Below the pieces are notes generated by a model. The model saw nothing but the letters and a program-made list of their open reading frames with translations. It had not been told where the DNA came from and did not search any database. 64,000 bases of DNA, from the IMG/VR virus record IMGVR_UViG_3300020463_000001, positions 96,001 to 160,000 of that record; one strand, written 5' to 3'. The position numbers were made by a program, and so were the translations under genes. The stretch is from a virus. Its lineage: Duplodnaviria; Caudoviricetes. Positions 29,932 through 40,199 of this stretch are shown one piece after another (positions within the stretch are counted from its first letter, which is position 1; every line of letters begins with the position of its first letter).

Positions 29932-30385
29932 AAGTGTGGACGAAAAACTCAACGATTTTCTTGGAATCGAAACTGAGATAAAAGAAACATCTCAGGAGTT
30001 AGTTGTGAGAGCCAATAATGATATACAAGAATATCAAGAAGAGAAAGATGAACAACGTCAAAAAGATATTGAGAATGATTATGATTTTCATCGTCACAAT
30101 CTACATGACTTAGTAGAGAAAGGTCAGGACACTCTGAATAATCTCATCGAACTTGCAAAACAGAGTGAACATCCAAGAGCATACGAAGTAGTAGGTCAAT
30201 TGATGAAAACTACTGGAGATCTCACAAAAGATCTCATAGAACTTCAAGTCACTATGAACAAGATACAAAATACAAAAGAAGGTGGGCCAAGTAAAGTAGT
30301 GAACAACAATGCAGTCTTTGTCGGTAATACAAATGACTTATTAGAAGTTATTAAAGGTAAGAACAGAGTTATAGATCATGAGTGA
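29921..30385 (+). CDS. gp16: Terminase small subunit
   Basis: DYDF.R.NL..LVEKG; SEHPRAYEVVGQLMK; NNAVFVGNT.DL. Confidence 0.95.
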   Translation: MKTKSVDEKLNDFLGIETEIKETSQELVVRANNDIQEYQEEKDEQRQKDIENDYDFHRHNLHDLVEKGQDTLNNLIELAKQSEHPRAYEVVGQLMKTTGDLTKDLIELQVTMNKIQNTKEGGPSKVVNNNAVFVGNTNDLLEVIKGKNRVIDHE

Positions 30386-32000
30386 TGTCTATTTAAATAA
30401 TCCTAATCTCAAAAATGCGGGGGTTGAAATTCAATGGACTCAGGAACAGGCACAAGAATATGTTAAGTGTTTAGAAGATCCAGTATATTTCATTAAGACA
30501 TATATGAAGATTGTAAACCTAGACACTGGTCTGGTTCCATTTGAGTTATATCCATTTCAAGAAAAAATGATTCAGACTTTCCATGAGGAGAGATTTACTA
30601 TATGTAAGATTGGAAGACAGTCCGGAAAGTCTATTACTTGTATTGCTTTCTTCCTTCATTATATACTCTTTAATAAAGATGTATCTGTTGCTCTTCTTGC
30701 AAACAAACTTGCAACTGCGAGAGAACTTCTTGGTAGATTGCAAAGAGCATACGAGAATCTTCCTCTTTGGTTGCAACAAGGAGTGTTGGTCTGGAACAAG
30801 ACTAATATAGAGTTGGAGAACGGTGCGAAGATAATGGCTGCTGCGACTTCATCCTCTGCTATAAGAGGTGGATCATTCAACATTCTATTCTTGGACGAAT
30901 TTGCGTTTGTTCCAAATGAAATTGCAGAAGAGTTTTTCAACTCAGTATATCCTACAATTTCTTCTGGAGAATCTACAAAAGTTATTATTGTATCTACTCC
31001 ACAAGGTATGAATCATTTCTATAAACTCTGGAATGATTCAGTTCAAAATACTAATTCTTATAAATCTATAGAAGTTCACTGGTCTGAGGTTCCCGGCCGG
31101 GATGAAGAATGGAAAGAACAAACAATTAAGAATACTTCTGAAGAACAATTTCGACAGGAGTTTGAGACTGAGTTTCTAGGTAGTACTAATACTCTTATTA
31201 ATACTGCGAAGTTAAAAAATCTTTCCTACAATACACCAATAAAGATGACTCGTAATGGAACCGTGAAAATATATGAGGAGCCACAAGAAGAAAGTACATA
31301 CTTTATTACTGTAGATGTAAGTAGAGGAAGAGGTCAGGATTATTCTGCATTATCGATATTTGACGCATCAGAAGTACCTTATAAGCAAGTCGCAACATTC
31401 AGATCTAATGAAATGCCTCCTATGGTATATCCGACACTTATAAAAGGACTAGCAGTTGAGTATAATGATGCGTATATACTAGTAGAGATTAATGACGTAG
31501 GACAACAGGTTAGTGATATTTTATACCATGATCTTGAGTACGAAAACATGATTTCGATTCATAACGATACTCGTAAAGGCCAGTCGATTAGTTCTGGTTT
31601 TGGTAAAGCCTTTACACTGGGAATCAGAACAACCAAGGCCACCAAAAAAATTGGTTGTTTTAACATGAAGAGTTTGGTCGAAGAAGACAAGATGATAATT
31701 AACGACTTCGATACCATAAACGAATTGACAACTTTTGTTTCAAAAGGACACAAATACGAAGCAGAAAATGGTAAGACAGATGACATGGTAGACACTGTGA
31801 TGTTATTCTCTTGGATGGTCACAGATCATTACTTCAGAGAACTGTCCGATTTAGACACCAGAAAGGAGATTTACGAAGAAAGAATTCGTATGTTAGAGGA
31901 GAATATGACGCCGTTTGGATACATTCAAGATGGTGCAGAAATTGGCAATTTTTCAGACGATGAAGGACAAGTCTGGCAAGTTGTTGAAAATAGTCTTTAA
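30378..32000 (+). CDS. gp17: Terminase large subunit
   Basis: Walker A GRQSGKS, Walker B FLDEF, STPQG coupling motif, nuclease VDVSRGRGQDYS and DDMVD. Confidence 0.98.
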   Translation: MSDVYLNNPNLKNAGVEIQWTQEQAQEYVKCLEDPVYFIKTYMKIVNLDTGLVPFELYPFQEKMIQTFHEERFTICKIGRQSGKSITCIAFFLHYILFNKDVSVALLANKLATARELLGRLQRAYENLPLWLQQGVLVWNKTNIELENGAKIMAAATSSSAIRGGSFNILFLDEFAFVPNEIAEEFFNSVYPTISSGESTKVIIVSTPQGMNHFYKLWNDSVQNTNSYKSIEVHWSEVPGRDEEWKEQTIKNTSEEQFRQEFETEFLGSTNTLINTAKLKNLSYNTPIKMTRNGTVKIYEEPQEESTYFITVDVSRGRGQDYSALSIFDASEVPYKQVATFRSNEMPPMVYPTLIKGLAVEYNDAYILVEINDVGQQVSDILYHDLEYENMISIHNDTRKGQSISSGFGKAFTLGIRTTKATKKIGCFNMKSLVEEDKMIINDFDTINELTTFVSKGHKYEAENGKTDDMVDTVMLFSWMVTDHYFRELSDLDTRKEIYEERIRMLEENMTPFGYIQDGAEIGNFSDDEGQVWQVVENSL

Positions 32001-32022
32001 GATTATTAAAAAACACTTTTTT

Positions 32023-32030
32023 TATAAATA
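32023..32030 (+). promoter_or_regulatory. T4-type late promoter
   Basis: Intergenic TATAAATA before gp18. Confidence 0.9.
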
Positions 32031-32092
32031 TTAATCAAAGAAGAATACACTTAAACTAATGAGTTTATGATAAATTTTAAGGAGATGATAAA

Positions 32093-34147
32093 ATGCCATT
32101 TCAAGTAAGTCCCGGCGTTAATGTATCAGAAGTAGACCTAACTACTACCACCCCAGCAGCTGCGGTATCCGTAGGTGCTTTGGTGGGTCAATTCGCAAAA
32201 GGCCCAGTAGGTGAAATAGTTACGGTTTCTAGTGAAACTGAATTGGCGCAAGTTTTTGGTAAACCAACAGACCAAAACTACAGATCTTTTTACACCGCCG
32301 CGAATTTCTTGGCATACGCTGGAAACTTGCAAGTTTCTAGAGTTGTTGGAAGCGGAACTTTAAACGCGGTCGCAGGAGTCCCTACTACATCGACTCCTAC
32401 TCTTGCAACAGAAACAGGAACTGCCGTCGTTGCAATAAGTGGAGAAACATTCACTGGTAACGGTGCAGATACAACATTTACTCTTTCTAGAGTTACTTAC
32501 GACGAAACTCTGACAGTGACTGTGGACGGAACTGCTACTACAGATTTCACAGTAGACGGAACTACACTGACATTTGACTCTGCTCCTACTGGAACTATTC
32601 TTGTAGATGTTCCTGCGAGAAGCATATTTGAAGTTTCTCAAACAGTTGGGGCAAATGACACAGTAGAAGTTGACGGATTTAGTATTGGTGTTGATTTTAC
32701 TGTTAGTGGTCAATCAATTGACTTCTCAACCGCTCCGGTAAGTGATATCACAATTACAGTCAAAGGCCCAACAGTTACATCATTTGCATATACCCCAGTA
32801 TTGGTTGGATCTTCTGACGATGTTTCATTTGGTTCCGGTCAAGCAGGCGGGGCCGAGTTTGTTGCAAGAACCCCTGGCCCTCACGGTAATTTTCTGAAGG
32901 TTTATATGGTCGATGCAGGAACTTTCTCAAGTTTATCCTCGACTTTTCAAAATGAATTTTCTGGAGCTCCAAGTGCAGGCGAAGTTCACGTTCTTGTATG
33001 TTCTTATGAGTCTGGAACTGATAAGGTTGTCGAGAAGTTTTCATTCCTGTCAAAGGCGTCTGATGGAAAGCTCGAAGACGGAACAAATATCTACTATGTG
33101 GATTATGTCAATGAATATTCAGATTTTATTTTTGTAGTAAATCACACAACAGAAGGAACAAACTGGGGAACTCCCGCATTAGGTACAACCTTTGCAACTT
33201 TAAGTTCTATGGTTTATGTAGAATTTTCTGGTGGCACTGAAGGTTCTGTTCCAACAGCAGGCGAAGCAATATCAGGATATGGAGTTTTTGAAGACTCAGA
33301 AACTACAGATGTTGCGTTAGTAATGTCTGGAGAGTGGGGAGATATTACAGATGGTAATACGGTACAAACACATATCATCGACACAGTTGCGGCTGGTCGA
33401 AGAGATGCAGTCGCTCTGATATCTGCACGATATGTAGATTGTGCAGGATCATCTCCAGCCTCTGATGTTATTAGTTATTTCACTTCTACAATGACTAGTA
33501 ACAGCAATTATGCATTTGTAGATTCAAACTACAAGTATCAATACGACAAGTACAATGATAAGTATCGATGGATTCCGCTAAATGGAGACATCGCTGGTCT
33601 TATGGCAAGAACTGACAGCGAAAGAGATCCTTGGTTCTCTCCTGCTGGCTTCAACCGTGGGGTTATCAAGAATGTTGTTAAAACGGCTTGGACACAAACG
33701 AAGGCAAACAGAGACGATCTTTACAGAAAAGCCTTAAATCCCGTTGTTACATTCCCAGGCCAAGGTACAGTTCTTTATGGTGACAAGACGTTCACTACAA
33801 AACCAAGTGCCTTTGACAGAATAAATGTAAGAAGATTGTTTATTGTTCTAGAGAAAACTATTGCAACAGCATCTAAGTTTACATTATTCGAAATGAATGA
33901 TGAATTTACGAGATCACAATTTGTATCTCTGGTAGAACCTTTCTTGAGAGAAGTAAAGGGCCGAAGGGGAATTTTTGATTTTAAGGTGGTTTGTGACTCA
34001 ACAAATAATACTGCTCAGATAGTAGATAGTAATGAATTTGTGGGTGACATCTTTATCAAGCCTGCAAGATCTATCAACTTCATCCAGTTAAACTTTGTTG
34101 CTACAAGAACTGGAACAGATTTTGAAGAAATTGTTGGATCTGTATAA
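32093..34147 (+). CDS. gp18: Tail sheath protein
   Basis: SPGVNVSEVDLT; YDKYNDKYRWIPLNGDIAGL; WFSPAG.NRG; AFDRINVRRLF; IKPARSINFI.LNF. Confidence 0.98.
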   Translation: MPFQVSPGVNVSEVDLTTTTPAAAVSVGALVGQFAKGPVGEIVTVSSETELAQVFGKPTDQNYRSFYTAANFLAYAGNLQVSRVVGSGTLNAVAGVPTTSTPTLATETGTAVVAISGETFTGNGADTTFTLSRVTYDETLTVTVDGTATTDFTVDGTTLTFDSAPTGTILVDVPARSIFEVSQTVGANDTVEVDGFSIGVDFTVSGQSIDFSTAPVSDITITVKGPTVTSFAYTPVLVGSSDDVSFGSGQAGGAEFVARTPGPHGNFLKVYMVDAGTFSSLSSTFQNEFSGAPSAGEVHVLVCSYESGTDKVVEKFSFLSKASDGKLEDGTNIYYVDYVNEYSDFIFVVNHTTEGTNWGTPALGTTFATLSSMVYVEFSGGTEGSVPTAGEAISGYGVFEDSETTDVALVMSGEWGDITDGNTVQTHIIDTVAAGRRDAVALISARYVDCAGSSPASDVISYFTSTMTSNSNYAFVDSNYKYQYDKYNDKYRWIPLNGDIAGLMARTDSERDPWFSPAGFNRGVIKNVVKTAWTQTKANRDDLYRKALNPVVTFPGQGTVLYGDKTFTTKPSAFDRINVRRLFIVLEKTIATASKFTLFEMNDEFTRSQFVSLVEPFLREVKGRRGIFDFKVVCDSTNNTAQIVDSNEFVGDIFIKPARSINFIQLNFVATRTGTDFEEIVGSV

Positions 34148-34154
34148 TAATCGT

Positions 34155-34162
34155 TATAAATA
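34155..34162 (+). promoter_or_regulatory. T4-type late promoter
   Basis: TATAAATA before gp19. Confidence 0.9.
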
Positions 34163-34186
34163 TAGTTAAAATTTTAGGAGAAAACA

Positions 34187-34738
34187 ATGGCGTTTGATAT
34201 CGCATCATTCAAATCAAGATTGAGAAACGGTGGAGCAAGACCTAATCTATTTGAAGTAGAAGTAGGAAATCCAATTGACGGTTCTGCAGATGACGTATTT
34301 CGTTTTCATTGCAGAGCGGCCCAGTTACCAGCATCCACAATACCCGCAATTGATGTTCCTTATTTTGGAAGACAGGTGAGGATTGCCGGAAACAGAACAT
34401 TTGAGCCTTGGACGGTTACAATTCTTAATGATGAAGATTTCTCAGTAAGAACTGCACTTGAAAACTGGATGGGTGGAATTAATGATCATGCATCAAATTT
34501 ACAGTTTAACAGTCAAACATCTTATAAGAATAGAGATTCTAAAGTCGTTCATTATGGTAAAGACGGTTCAGTTATTGCAACATACAAGTTTGTTGGTATT
34601 TTCCCAACAGAACTTGGTGCGGTAGAGCTCGCGTGGGATTCTAATGATCAGATTGAAGAATTTACTTGCACATTTGCATATGACTATTGGTTGCATGAAG
34701 AAGCAGCCGGAGGCCTGAGGGTTACCGTAAGTCTATAA
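34187..34738 (+). CDS. gp19: Tail tube protein
   Basis: GARPNLFEV; YFGRQVRIAGNRTFEPWTVT..NDEDF; IEEFTCTFAYDYW. Confidence 0.97.
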   Translation: MAFDIASFKSRLRNGGARPNLFEVEVGNPIDGSADDVFRFHCRAAQLPASTIPAIDVPYFGRQVRIAGNRTFEPWTVTILNDEDFSVRTALENWMGGINDHASNLQFNSQTSYKNRDSKVVHYGKDGSVIATYKFVGIFPTELGAVELAWDSNDQIEEFTCTFAYDYWLHEEAAGGLRVTVSL

Positions 34739-34769
34739 TACTCCCGAATTTACACAACTATTTTTTCAT

Positions 34770-34777
34770 TATAAATA
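34770..34777 (+). promoter_or_regulatory. T4-type late promoter embedded in an inverted repeat
   Basis: TATAAATA before gp20, overlapping a 13-bp perfect inverted repeat. Confidence 0.85.
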
Positions 34778-34803
34778 GTTGTGTAGATTTAAGGTGATGT
34801 TAA

Positions 34804-36372
34804 ATGGCGATTAAACTTTTTGGATTCAATATATCTAGGAGTTCGGAGGAGAATAAACAAGTTCGTTCCTTTGTTCCTAGAGAAGATCAAACCGATGACG
34901 GCGCATTAACAGTTCAGAGTGGGTTCTCCGGAACCTACTTGGAATTGGAAAACAATGCTAAGTCAGATTCAGAACTTATAAACAAATATCGTGAAATGGT
35001 GATGCATCCAGAAGTGGAGATTGCCGTTGACGATATCACATCAGAAGCGATAGTTCATGACACTATCGAATACCCTGTCAAAATTCACACAAAGAATATT
35101 AAGAGTGCTTCTCTGAGAAAAACTATTGAAGAGGAATTTAATAATATTCTAAAACTTCTCAAGTTTAAAGAAAGAGGATATGACATTTTCCGCAACTGGT
35201 ACGTTGACGGAAGACTATTCTATCATATCATCATTAACGAGTCCAAACCAAAAGATGGAATTAGAGAACTTCGAAGTATCGATCCTCGCAAAATCAAAAA
35301 AGTAAAACAAGTTAAGAAAGACAAAGTTTCTCCGCAAGATCCGGTGAATACTGCAGGGATAGTTTCTAAACAAGAAGAGTATTATGTCTACAATCAAAAG
35401 GGAATTGTAAATGCGGAAGGTGTTTCTGGACTTCCAATTACTGTCGATTCTATTTGTCATATCACATCAGGACTTAAAGATGGCCGCAGAAACTATGTTG
35501 TAAGTCATCTCCATAAAGCAATCAAACCCCTCAATCAGTTGAAATTGGTAGAAGACTCCGTTGTCATTTACAGATGGACAAGAGCACCAGAAAGAAGAGT
35601 ATTCTATATCGATGTTGGTAACTTACCAAAACAGAAAGCAGAACAATATCTTTCTGAAATAATGACCAAACACAAGAACAAGATTGTCTATGATGGAACT
35701 ACTGGTGAAGTCAGGGACGATAGAAAACATCTATCAATGTTAGAAGATTACTGGTTCCCTCGTAGAGAAGGTGGGCGAGGAACAGAGATTGAAACATTGC
35801 CCGGCGGTACAAACCTAGGCGAGATGGATGATGTCAATTACTTCCTCAAGAAATTATACAAGTCTCTTAATGTTCCTATCTCAAGATTAGAACCAGAGAA
35901 TACTATGCAGTTGGGAAGGGCTCAGGAGATATCTAGAGACGAATACAAATTCAACAGATTTATCATACGACTGCGAGATAAATTTTCAGATCTATTTACC
36001 GATCTATTGAAAAAACAATTAGTTCTCAAAGGTTATATCAGTCTTGATGAATGGAAAGAGATGAGTCAAGATATTATATTTGACTTTACTCAAGACTCAT
36101 ATTATACAGAAATTAAGAATGCAGAAATGCTGCGAGATAGGATTGCCTTGGTTGCTGAAATGCAAGACTACATTGGTAAGTACTATTCTAATGAATGGGT
36201 GAGAAAAAATATTCTTAAGATGACTACATCCGAAATTAAACAGATGGATACTCAGATTAAGAAAGAATTGGAAAGTGAAGAACCTCAAGACCAACCGCCG
36301 TCAGGAGAAGACGGTGAAGGTGGAGAAGAGGGTGGAAACGATCAACAAGATAATGAACAAAATTTCATATAG
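34804..36372 (+). CDS. gp20: Portal protein
   Basis: WYVDGRLFYH; RAPERRVFYIDVGNLPKQKAEQY; MLEDYWFPRREGGRGTEIETLPGG. Confidence 0.98.
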   Translation: MAIKLFGFNISRSSEENKQVRSFVPREDQTDDGALTVQSGFSGTYLELENNAKSDSELINKYREMVMHPEVEIAVDDITSEAIVHDTIEYPVKIHTKNIKSASLRKTIEEEFNNILKLLKFKERGYDIFRNWYVDGRLFYHIIINESKPKDGIRELRSIDPRKIKKVKQVKKDKVSPQDPVNTAGIVSKQEEYYVYNQKGIVNAEGVSGLPITVDSICHITSGLKDGRRNYVVSHLHKAIKPLNQLKLVEDSVVIYRWTRAPERRVFYIDVGNLPKQKAEQYLSEIMTKHKNKIVYDGTTGEVRDDRKHLSMLEDYWFPRREGGRGTEIETLPGGTNLGEMDDVNYFLKKLYKSLNVPISRLEPENTMQLGRAQEISRDEYKFNRFIIRLRDKFSDLFTDLLKKQLVLKGYISLDEWKEMSQDIIFDFTQDSYYTEIKNAEMLRDRIALVAEMQDYIGKYYSNEWVRKNILKMTTSEIKQMDTQIKKELESEEPQDQPPSGEDGEGGEEGGNDQQDNEQNFI

Positions 36373-36383
36373 GAGTGTAAAAA

Positions 36384-36641
36384 ATGACTGACAATGAAGA
36401 AAATATAAATAATGAAGTAGATGCGACAACAAGTATTGTCGATGACATTGTTAATGGTGAATTATCAGATGCTCAGAATACAATCAAAGGTATACTGAGT
36501 CAAAATATGGCCGGCGAAATCGAAGGTCATAAACAAGAATTTGCGGGCACTCTTTTTCAAGATGAACCAGAAGTTGAGGTAGAAGATACCGAAGAAACAT
36601 CTGCAGAAGTCGAGACAGAGGTTGCAGAAACCGAAGAATAG
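36384..36641 (+). CDS. gp67: Prohead core protein
   Basis: Small acidic protein between gp20 and gp68; an internal TATAAATA at 36404-36411 may serve downstream genes. Confidence 0.7.
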   Translation: MTDNEENINNEVDATTSIVDDIVNGELSDAQNTIKGILSQNMAGEIEGHKQEFAGTLFQDEPEVEVEDTEETSAEVETEVAETEE

Positions 36642-36649
36642 GAATTACT

Positions 36650-36919
36650 ATGAAGACTTTTTCTCAATTTTTAGAAGATGATTTAGACGAAGCGGTAAAA
36701 CGTAAAGTTGTTATCCGTGGCGGAAAACGCAAGATTAAGTTTAAGTCTGACAGGGCCGGATACAAAGTTGACGGCAATAAAAGAGAAGTCAAAATTTCTG
36801 CATCAGATAAAGTCAAAATGAGTTTGAGAAATAAAAAGTCTGCTCGAAAGAGAAAGGGCAAAGTTGCTATTTCTAATACTCGCAGAGCAAGGTCAATGGC
36901 CAAACGTACAGGAACATAG
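36650..36919 (+). CDS. gp68: Prohead core protein
   Basis: Basic, K/R-rich (VIRGGKRKIK...GYKV); syntenic position before gp21. Confidence 0.75.
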   Translation: MKTFSQFLEDDLDEAVKRKVVIRGGKRKIKFKSDRAGYKVDGNKREVKISASDKVKMSLRNKKSARKRKGKVAISNTRRARSMAKRTGT

Positions 36920-36921
36920 AC

Positions 36922-37569
36922 ATGAAACTAATCACAGAAATTTGCGAAGATCTAATTGTTGAAGAAAAAGGAAAAGACCTTTATATCGAAGGTGTTTTTC
37001 TCCAGTCAAATGTAGAAAACAGAAATGGCAGAGTGTATCCAAAAGAAGTTCTTGAGAAAGAAGTCAAAAGATATACAGAAAATTACATCAATAAAAACAG
37101 GGCATTCGGTGAATTAGGTCATCCGGATGGGCCCTCTATTAACCTAGAAAGAGTTTCCCACATGATTAAATCTCTCAAACTTGAGGGCGATAATTATGTC
37201 GGTAAAGCAAAGATTATGAAAGAAACTCCTTATGGTGCAATAGTATCAAATCTTATCAAAGAAGGTGCGTCTCTTGGTGTTTCTTCTAGAGGTATGGGAA
37301 GTGTGAAGTCTACGAAAGAAGGAAACAATGTAGTGCAAGGTGATTTTTATCTTGCGACTGCGGCCGATATCGTGGCGGATCCATCTGCTCCTGATGCATT
37401 CGTAAATGGAATCATGGAAGGAAAGGAATGGATTTGGGATAATGGTATTATCCGCGAAGCACAAATTGACAGTTATCGAAATGCAGTTAGGTCTGCAAAG
37501 TCTAAAGAGATGGAAACTACTAAGATAGGACTCTTTGAAGATTTCTTCGAAAAATTGTCTAAAAACTAA
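36922..37569 (+). CDS. gp21: Prohead protease
   Basis: NRNGRVYP; GELGHP; LGVSSRGMGS; DIVADPSAPDAFV. Confidence 0.97.
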   Translation: MKLITEICEDLIVEEKGKDLYIEGVFLQSNVENRNGRVYPKEVLEKEVKRYTENYINKNRAFGELGHPDGPSINLERVSHMIKSLKLEGDNYVGKAKIMKETPYGAIVSNLIKEGASLGVSSRGMGSVKSTKEGNNVVQGDFYLATAADIVADPSAPDAFVNGIMEGKEWIWDNGIIREAQIDSYRNAVRSAKSKEMETTKIGLFEDFFEKLSKN

Positions 37570-37574
37570 ATTAT

Positions 37575-37582
37575 TATAAATA
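37575..37582 (+). promoter_or_regulatory. T4-type late promoter
   Basis: TATAAATA before gp22. Confidence 0.9.
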
Positions 37583-37617
37583 TTTGGTAAAATCAACTCA
37601 ATTAGGAGAATAATACG

Positions 37618-38682
37618 ATGGCTAATGAACTAGAAGTCAATGAAGTTGAAGAACTAGAGAATTCAGTAGAGTCTGAAGAAATTTCTGAAGAGTCTCAAGA
37701 CGAACTAGTTCAAGAAGTTTCTGAAGAACAAGCTGACGAAGCGGTAGAAGAAATTCTTGCCGAGTTAGACGAAGAAGAAACTTCTGAAGAAAGTGAAGAA
37801 GAAGAGTCTTTGGCAGAAGGCGGTTACGGCAAGAAAAAAATGAAAGAAGCCGACGATGAAGAAGACGAAGAAGAACCTAAGAATTCTTTTATGATGAAGA
37901 AGAAGGTCAAGAAAGAAGATATTGATGTATCAGAGCACATTGATGCAATGTTGTCTGGTCATGAATTATCAGAAGATTTCCAAGAAAAGGCTCGCACAAT
38001 TTTCGAAGCTGCAGTTCTAGAACAAGTAAACAAAGAAGTTGAAAAGATAGATCAACAGTATGAAGAAGATTTTGAGAAGTCAGTTCTTGAAGTCAGATCA
38101 CAAATTGCAGAAAAGGTAGATGAGTATCTATCTTATGTTGCTAAAGAGTGGTTGGAAGAGAATAAGGTTGTTGTTGAAAGCAGCCTTAAACTTGAAATCA
38201 TGGAAAATTTCATTTCTGGTATGAAGACAGTTTTCGAAGAAAATTATATCGAAGTCCCAGAAGAGAAAGCAGATTTGTATGCAGAAGCAGTTGCTGAAGC
38301 AGAACAAGTCAAAGAACAACTCAATGAAGCAATCGAAAAGAATGTTAAACTTTCTAAAGAAGTTGAAACTGTTCAGAAAGATGGAATCATTAGGGATGTC
38401 GTGGAAGGTATGACTATACAACAGGCTGATAAGATTCGTTCTTTGTCTGAAGGTGTAGAATTTACTTCTGCTGAAGATTTTGCTGAAAAGGTTAAAGTCA
38501 TTAAGGAAAATTATTTTCCAAGTGAAGAAACTGTTTCTAGTGAAGTTGTAGATGGCGAAGAAGAAGTTACTGCGGTTGAAGATTCTGAGGTTGTTCTTGA
38601 AGAACAGGCTTCTAAGAAAACTTCTGATCCTGTAATGGAGAACTACGCAAGAGCAATCTCAAGGTTCAGTAGAAAACAGTAA
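37618..38682 (+). CDS. gp22: Prohead scaffold protein
   Basis: Highly acidic coiled coil; LSEDFQEKARTIFEAAV; VDEYLSYVAKEWLEEN; MENYARAISR. Confidence 0.93.
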   Translation: MANELEVNEVEELENSVESEEISEESQDELVQEVSEEQADEAVEEILAELDEEETSEESEEEESLAEGGYGKKKMKEADDEEDEEEPKNSFMMKKKVKKEDIDVSEHIDAMLSGHELSEDFQEKARTIFEAAVLEQVNKEVEKIDQQYEEDFEKSVLEVRSQIAEKVDEYLSYVAKEWLEENKVVVESSLKLEIMENFISGMKTVFEENYIEVPEEKADLYAEAVAEAEQVKEQLNEAIEKNVKLSKEVETVQKDGIIRDVVEGMTIQQADKIRSLSEGVEFTSAEDFAEKVKVIKENYFPSEETVSSEVVDGEEEVTAVEDSEVVLEEQASKKTSDPVMENYARAISRFSRKQ

Positions 38683-38694
38683 AAATCAAAATAT

Positions 38695-38702
38695 TATAAA
38701 TA
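38695..38702 (+). promoter_or_regulatory. T4-type late promoter
   Basis: TATAAATA before gp23. Confidence 0.9.
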
Positions 38703-38764
38703 ATAACTGAAAATTAAGAAAAACTTGACAAAAACTTAATTGAATTAATCCAAAGGAGACTACG

Positions 38765-40126
38765 ATGTATACAGAAATGCATTTGTCAGAGCAACTTCAA
38801 GAGAAGTGGAAGCCGGTAATCGAGCATCCCGATCTACCTAAGATCGAAGATTCTTACAAGAGAGCGGTAACTGCTATGCTTCTTGAAAACCAAGAAAAAG
38901 TTGCAAGAGAAGAAGCATCAATGTTGACTGAAGGGCCGATAAATGCAGTTGGTGGCGGTATGTCTCCAGTTGTCGGTGGTGAAGGCAACATTAAAGGTAT
39001 GGATCCAGTACTGATCTCATTGATCAGACGTTCTATGCCCAACCTGATGGCGTATGATGTTCTAGGTGTTCAACCTATGAGCGGCCCAACAGGTCTTATC
39101 TTCGCGATGAAATCACAATACGGCGATCAGGCCGGCGAAGCACTTTACGGCGAAGCAGATACTGCTTTCTCTGGTGCCTCAAGTCCTGTTCACAACGGAA
39201 CTGATCCATTCAGTGGTGTCGCAGTAACTGGTTCTGGCGCTTCTGCCGAACTTGATTACTCTGGTAGCGATTACACATCTGGAGGGCCCGCCGCTACTGC
39301 TAAGGCAGAAGCATTGGGAGACGGTACTGTAACTGGAATGGGTACAGGCGGTCACTTCAATCAGATGTCATTCTCAATCGATAGAGTATCTGTGACAGCG
39401 CAATCAAGAGCACTGAAAGCAGAATACACTATGGAATTGGCACAAGATCTGAAGGCAGTTCACGGTCTAGACGCTGAAAGCGAATTATCAAACATTCTTT
39501 CTTCAGAAATCACTGCTGAAATCAACAGAGAAGTTCTGAGAACAGTATACGCAGTTGCAAAGCCTGGCGCACAAGCTGGTGTAACTACGAAGGGTGTTTT
39601 TGATCTAGATGCTGACGCAGATGGTCGTTGGTCAGTAGAGAAGTACAAAGGTCTTCTTTACCAGATCGAAAGAGAAGCAAACGCAATCGCTAAAGAAACT
39701 CGTAGAGGAAAAGGTAACTTGGTTATCTGTTCTTCAGACGTTGCTTCGGCTCTCGCCATGTCAGGTGTACTAGATTACAACCCTGCGCTACAAACTAATC
39801 TTTCAGTTGATGACACAGGTCAAACTTTTGCCGGTGTTCTTAACGGAAGAATGAGAGTTTATATTGATCCTTACTTTACATCAACCTCTGGTTATGAGTT
39901 GTTGGTTGTAGGTTATAAGGGATCTTCACCTTATGATGCTGGTATTTTCTACTGCCCATACGTCCCATTACAAATGGTTCGCGCAGTGGGTGAAAATACT
40001 TTCCAACCTAAGATTGGATTCAAGACCCGATACGGAATTGTTGCAAACCCATTTGCATCAATGAGTTCTGGTTCAAACCAATACTACAGAAAGGTTGCCA
40101 TCTCAGGATTGACAGCAATCGGTTAA
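38765..40126 (+). CDS. gp23: Major capsid protein
   Basis: LENQE; DPVLISLIRRSMPNL; GVQPMSGPTGLIFAM; SRALKAEYTMELAQDLKAVHGLDAE; YCPYVPLQM; FQPKIGFKTRYG. Confidence 0.99.
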   Translation: MYTEMHLSEQLQEKWKPVIEHPDLPKIEDSYKRAVTAMLLENQEKVAREEASMLTEGPINAVGGGMSPVVGGEGNIKGMDPVLISLIRRSMPNLMAYDVLGVQPMSGPTGLIFAMKSQYGDQAGEALYGEADTAFSGASSPVHNGTDPFSGVAVTGSGASAELDYSGSDYTSGGPAATAKAEALGDGTVTGMGTGGHFNQMSFSIDRVSVTAQSRALKAEYTMELAQDLKAVHGLDAESELSNILSSEITAEINREVLRTVYAVAKPGAQAGVTTKGVFDLDADADGRWSVEKYKGLLYQIEREANAIAKETRRGKGNLVICSSDVASALAMSGVLDYNPALQTNLSVDDTGQTFAGVLNGRMRVYIDPYFTSTSGYELLVVGYKGSSPYDAGIFYCPYVPLQMVRAVGENTFQPKIGFKTRYGIVANPFASMSSGSNQYYRKVAISGLTAIG

Positions 40127-40149
40127 TCGATTACTTAAAATCTAAAAAG

Positions 40150-40178
40150 AAAAAAGGGACTTTCGAGTCCCTTTTTTT
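40150..40178 (+). terminator. gp23 terminator
   Basis: AAAAAGGGACT-TTCG-AGTCCCTTTTTTT. Confidence 0.92.
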
Positions 40179-40187
40179 GTGGTTGAT

Positions 40188-40195
40188 TATAAATA
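40188..40195 (+). promoter_or_regulatory. T4-type late promoter with no ORF behind it
   Basis: TATAAATA 10 bp after the gp23 terminator. Confidence 0.75.
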
Positions 40196-40199
40196 GTTT

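Noticed and set aside
38725-38755. TTGACA upstream of gp23
   Set aside because: No acceptable -10 at 16-18 bp spacing; the late promoter at 38695 explains expression
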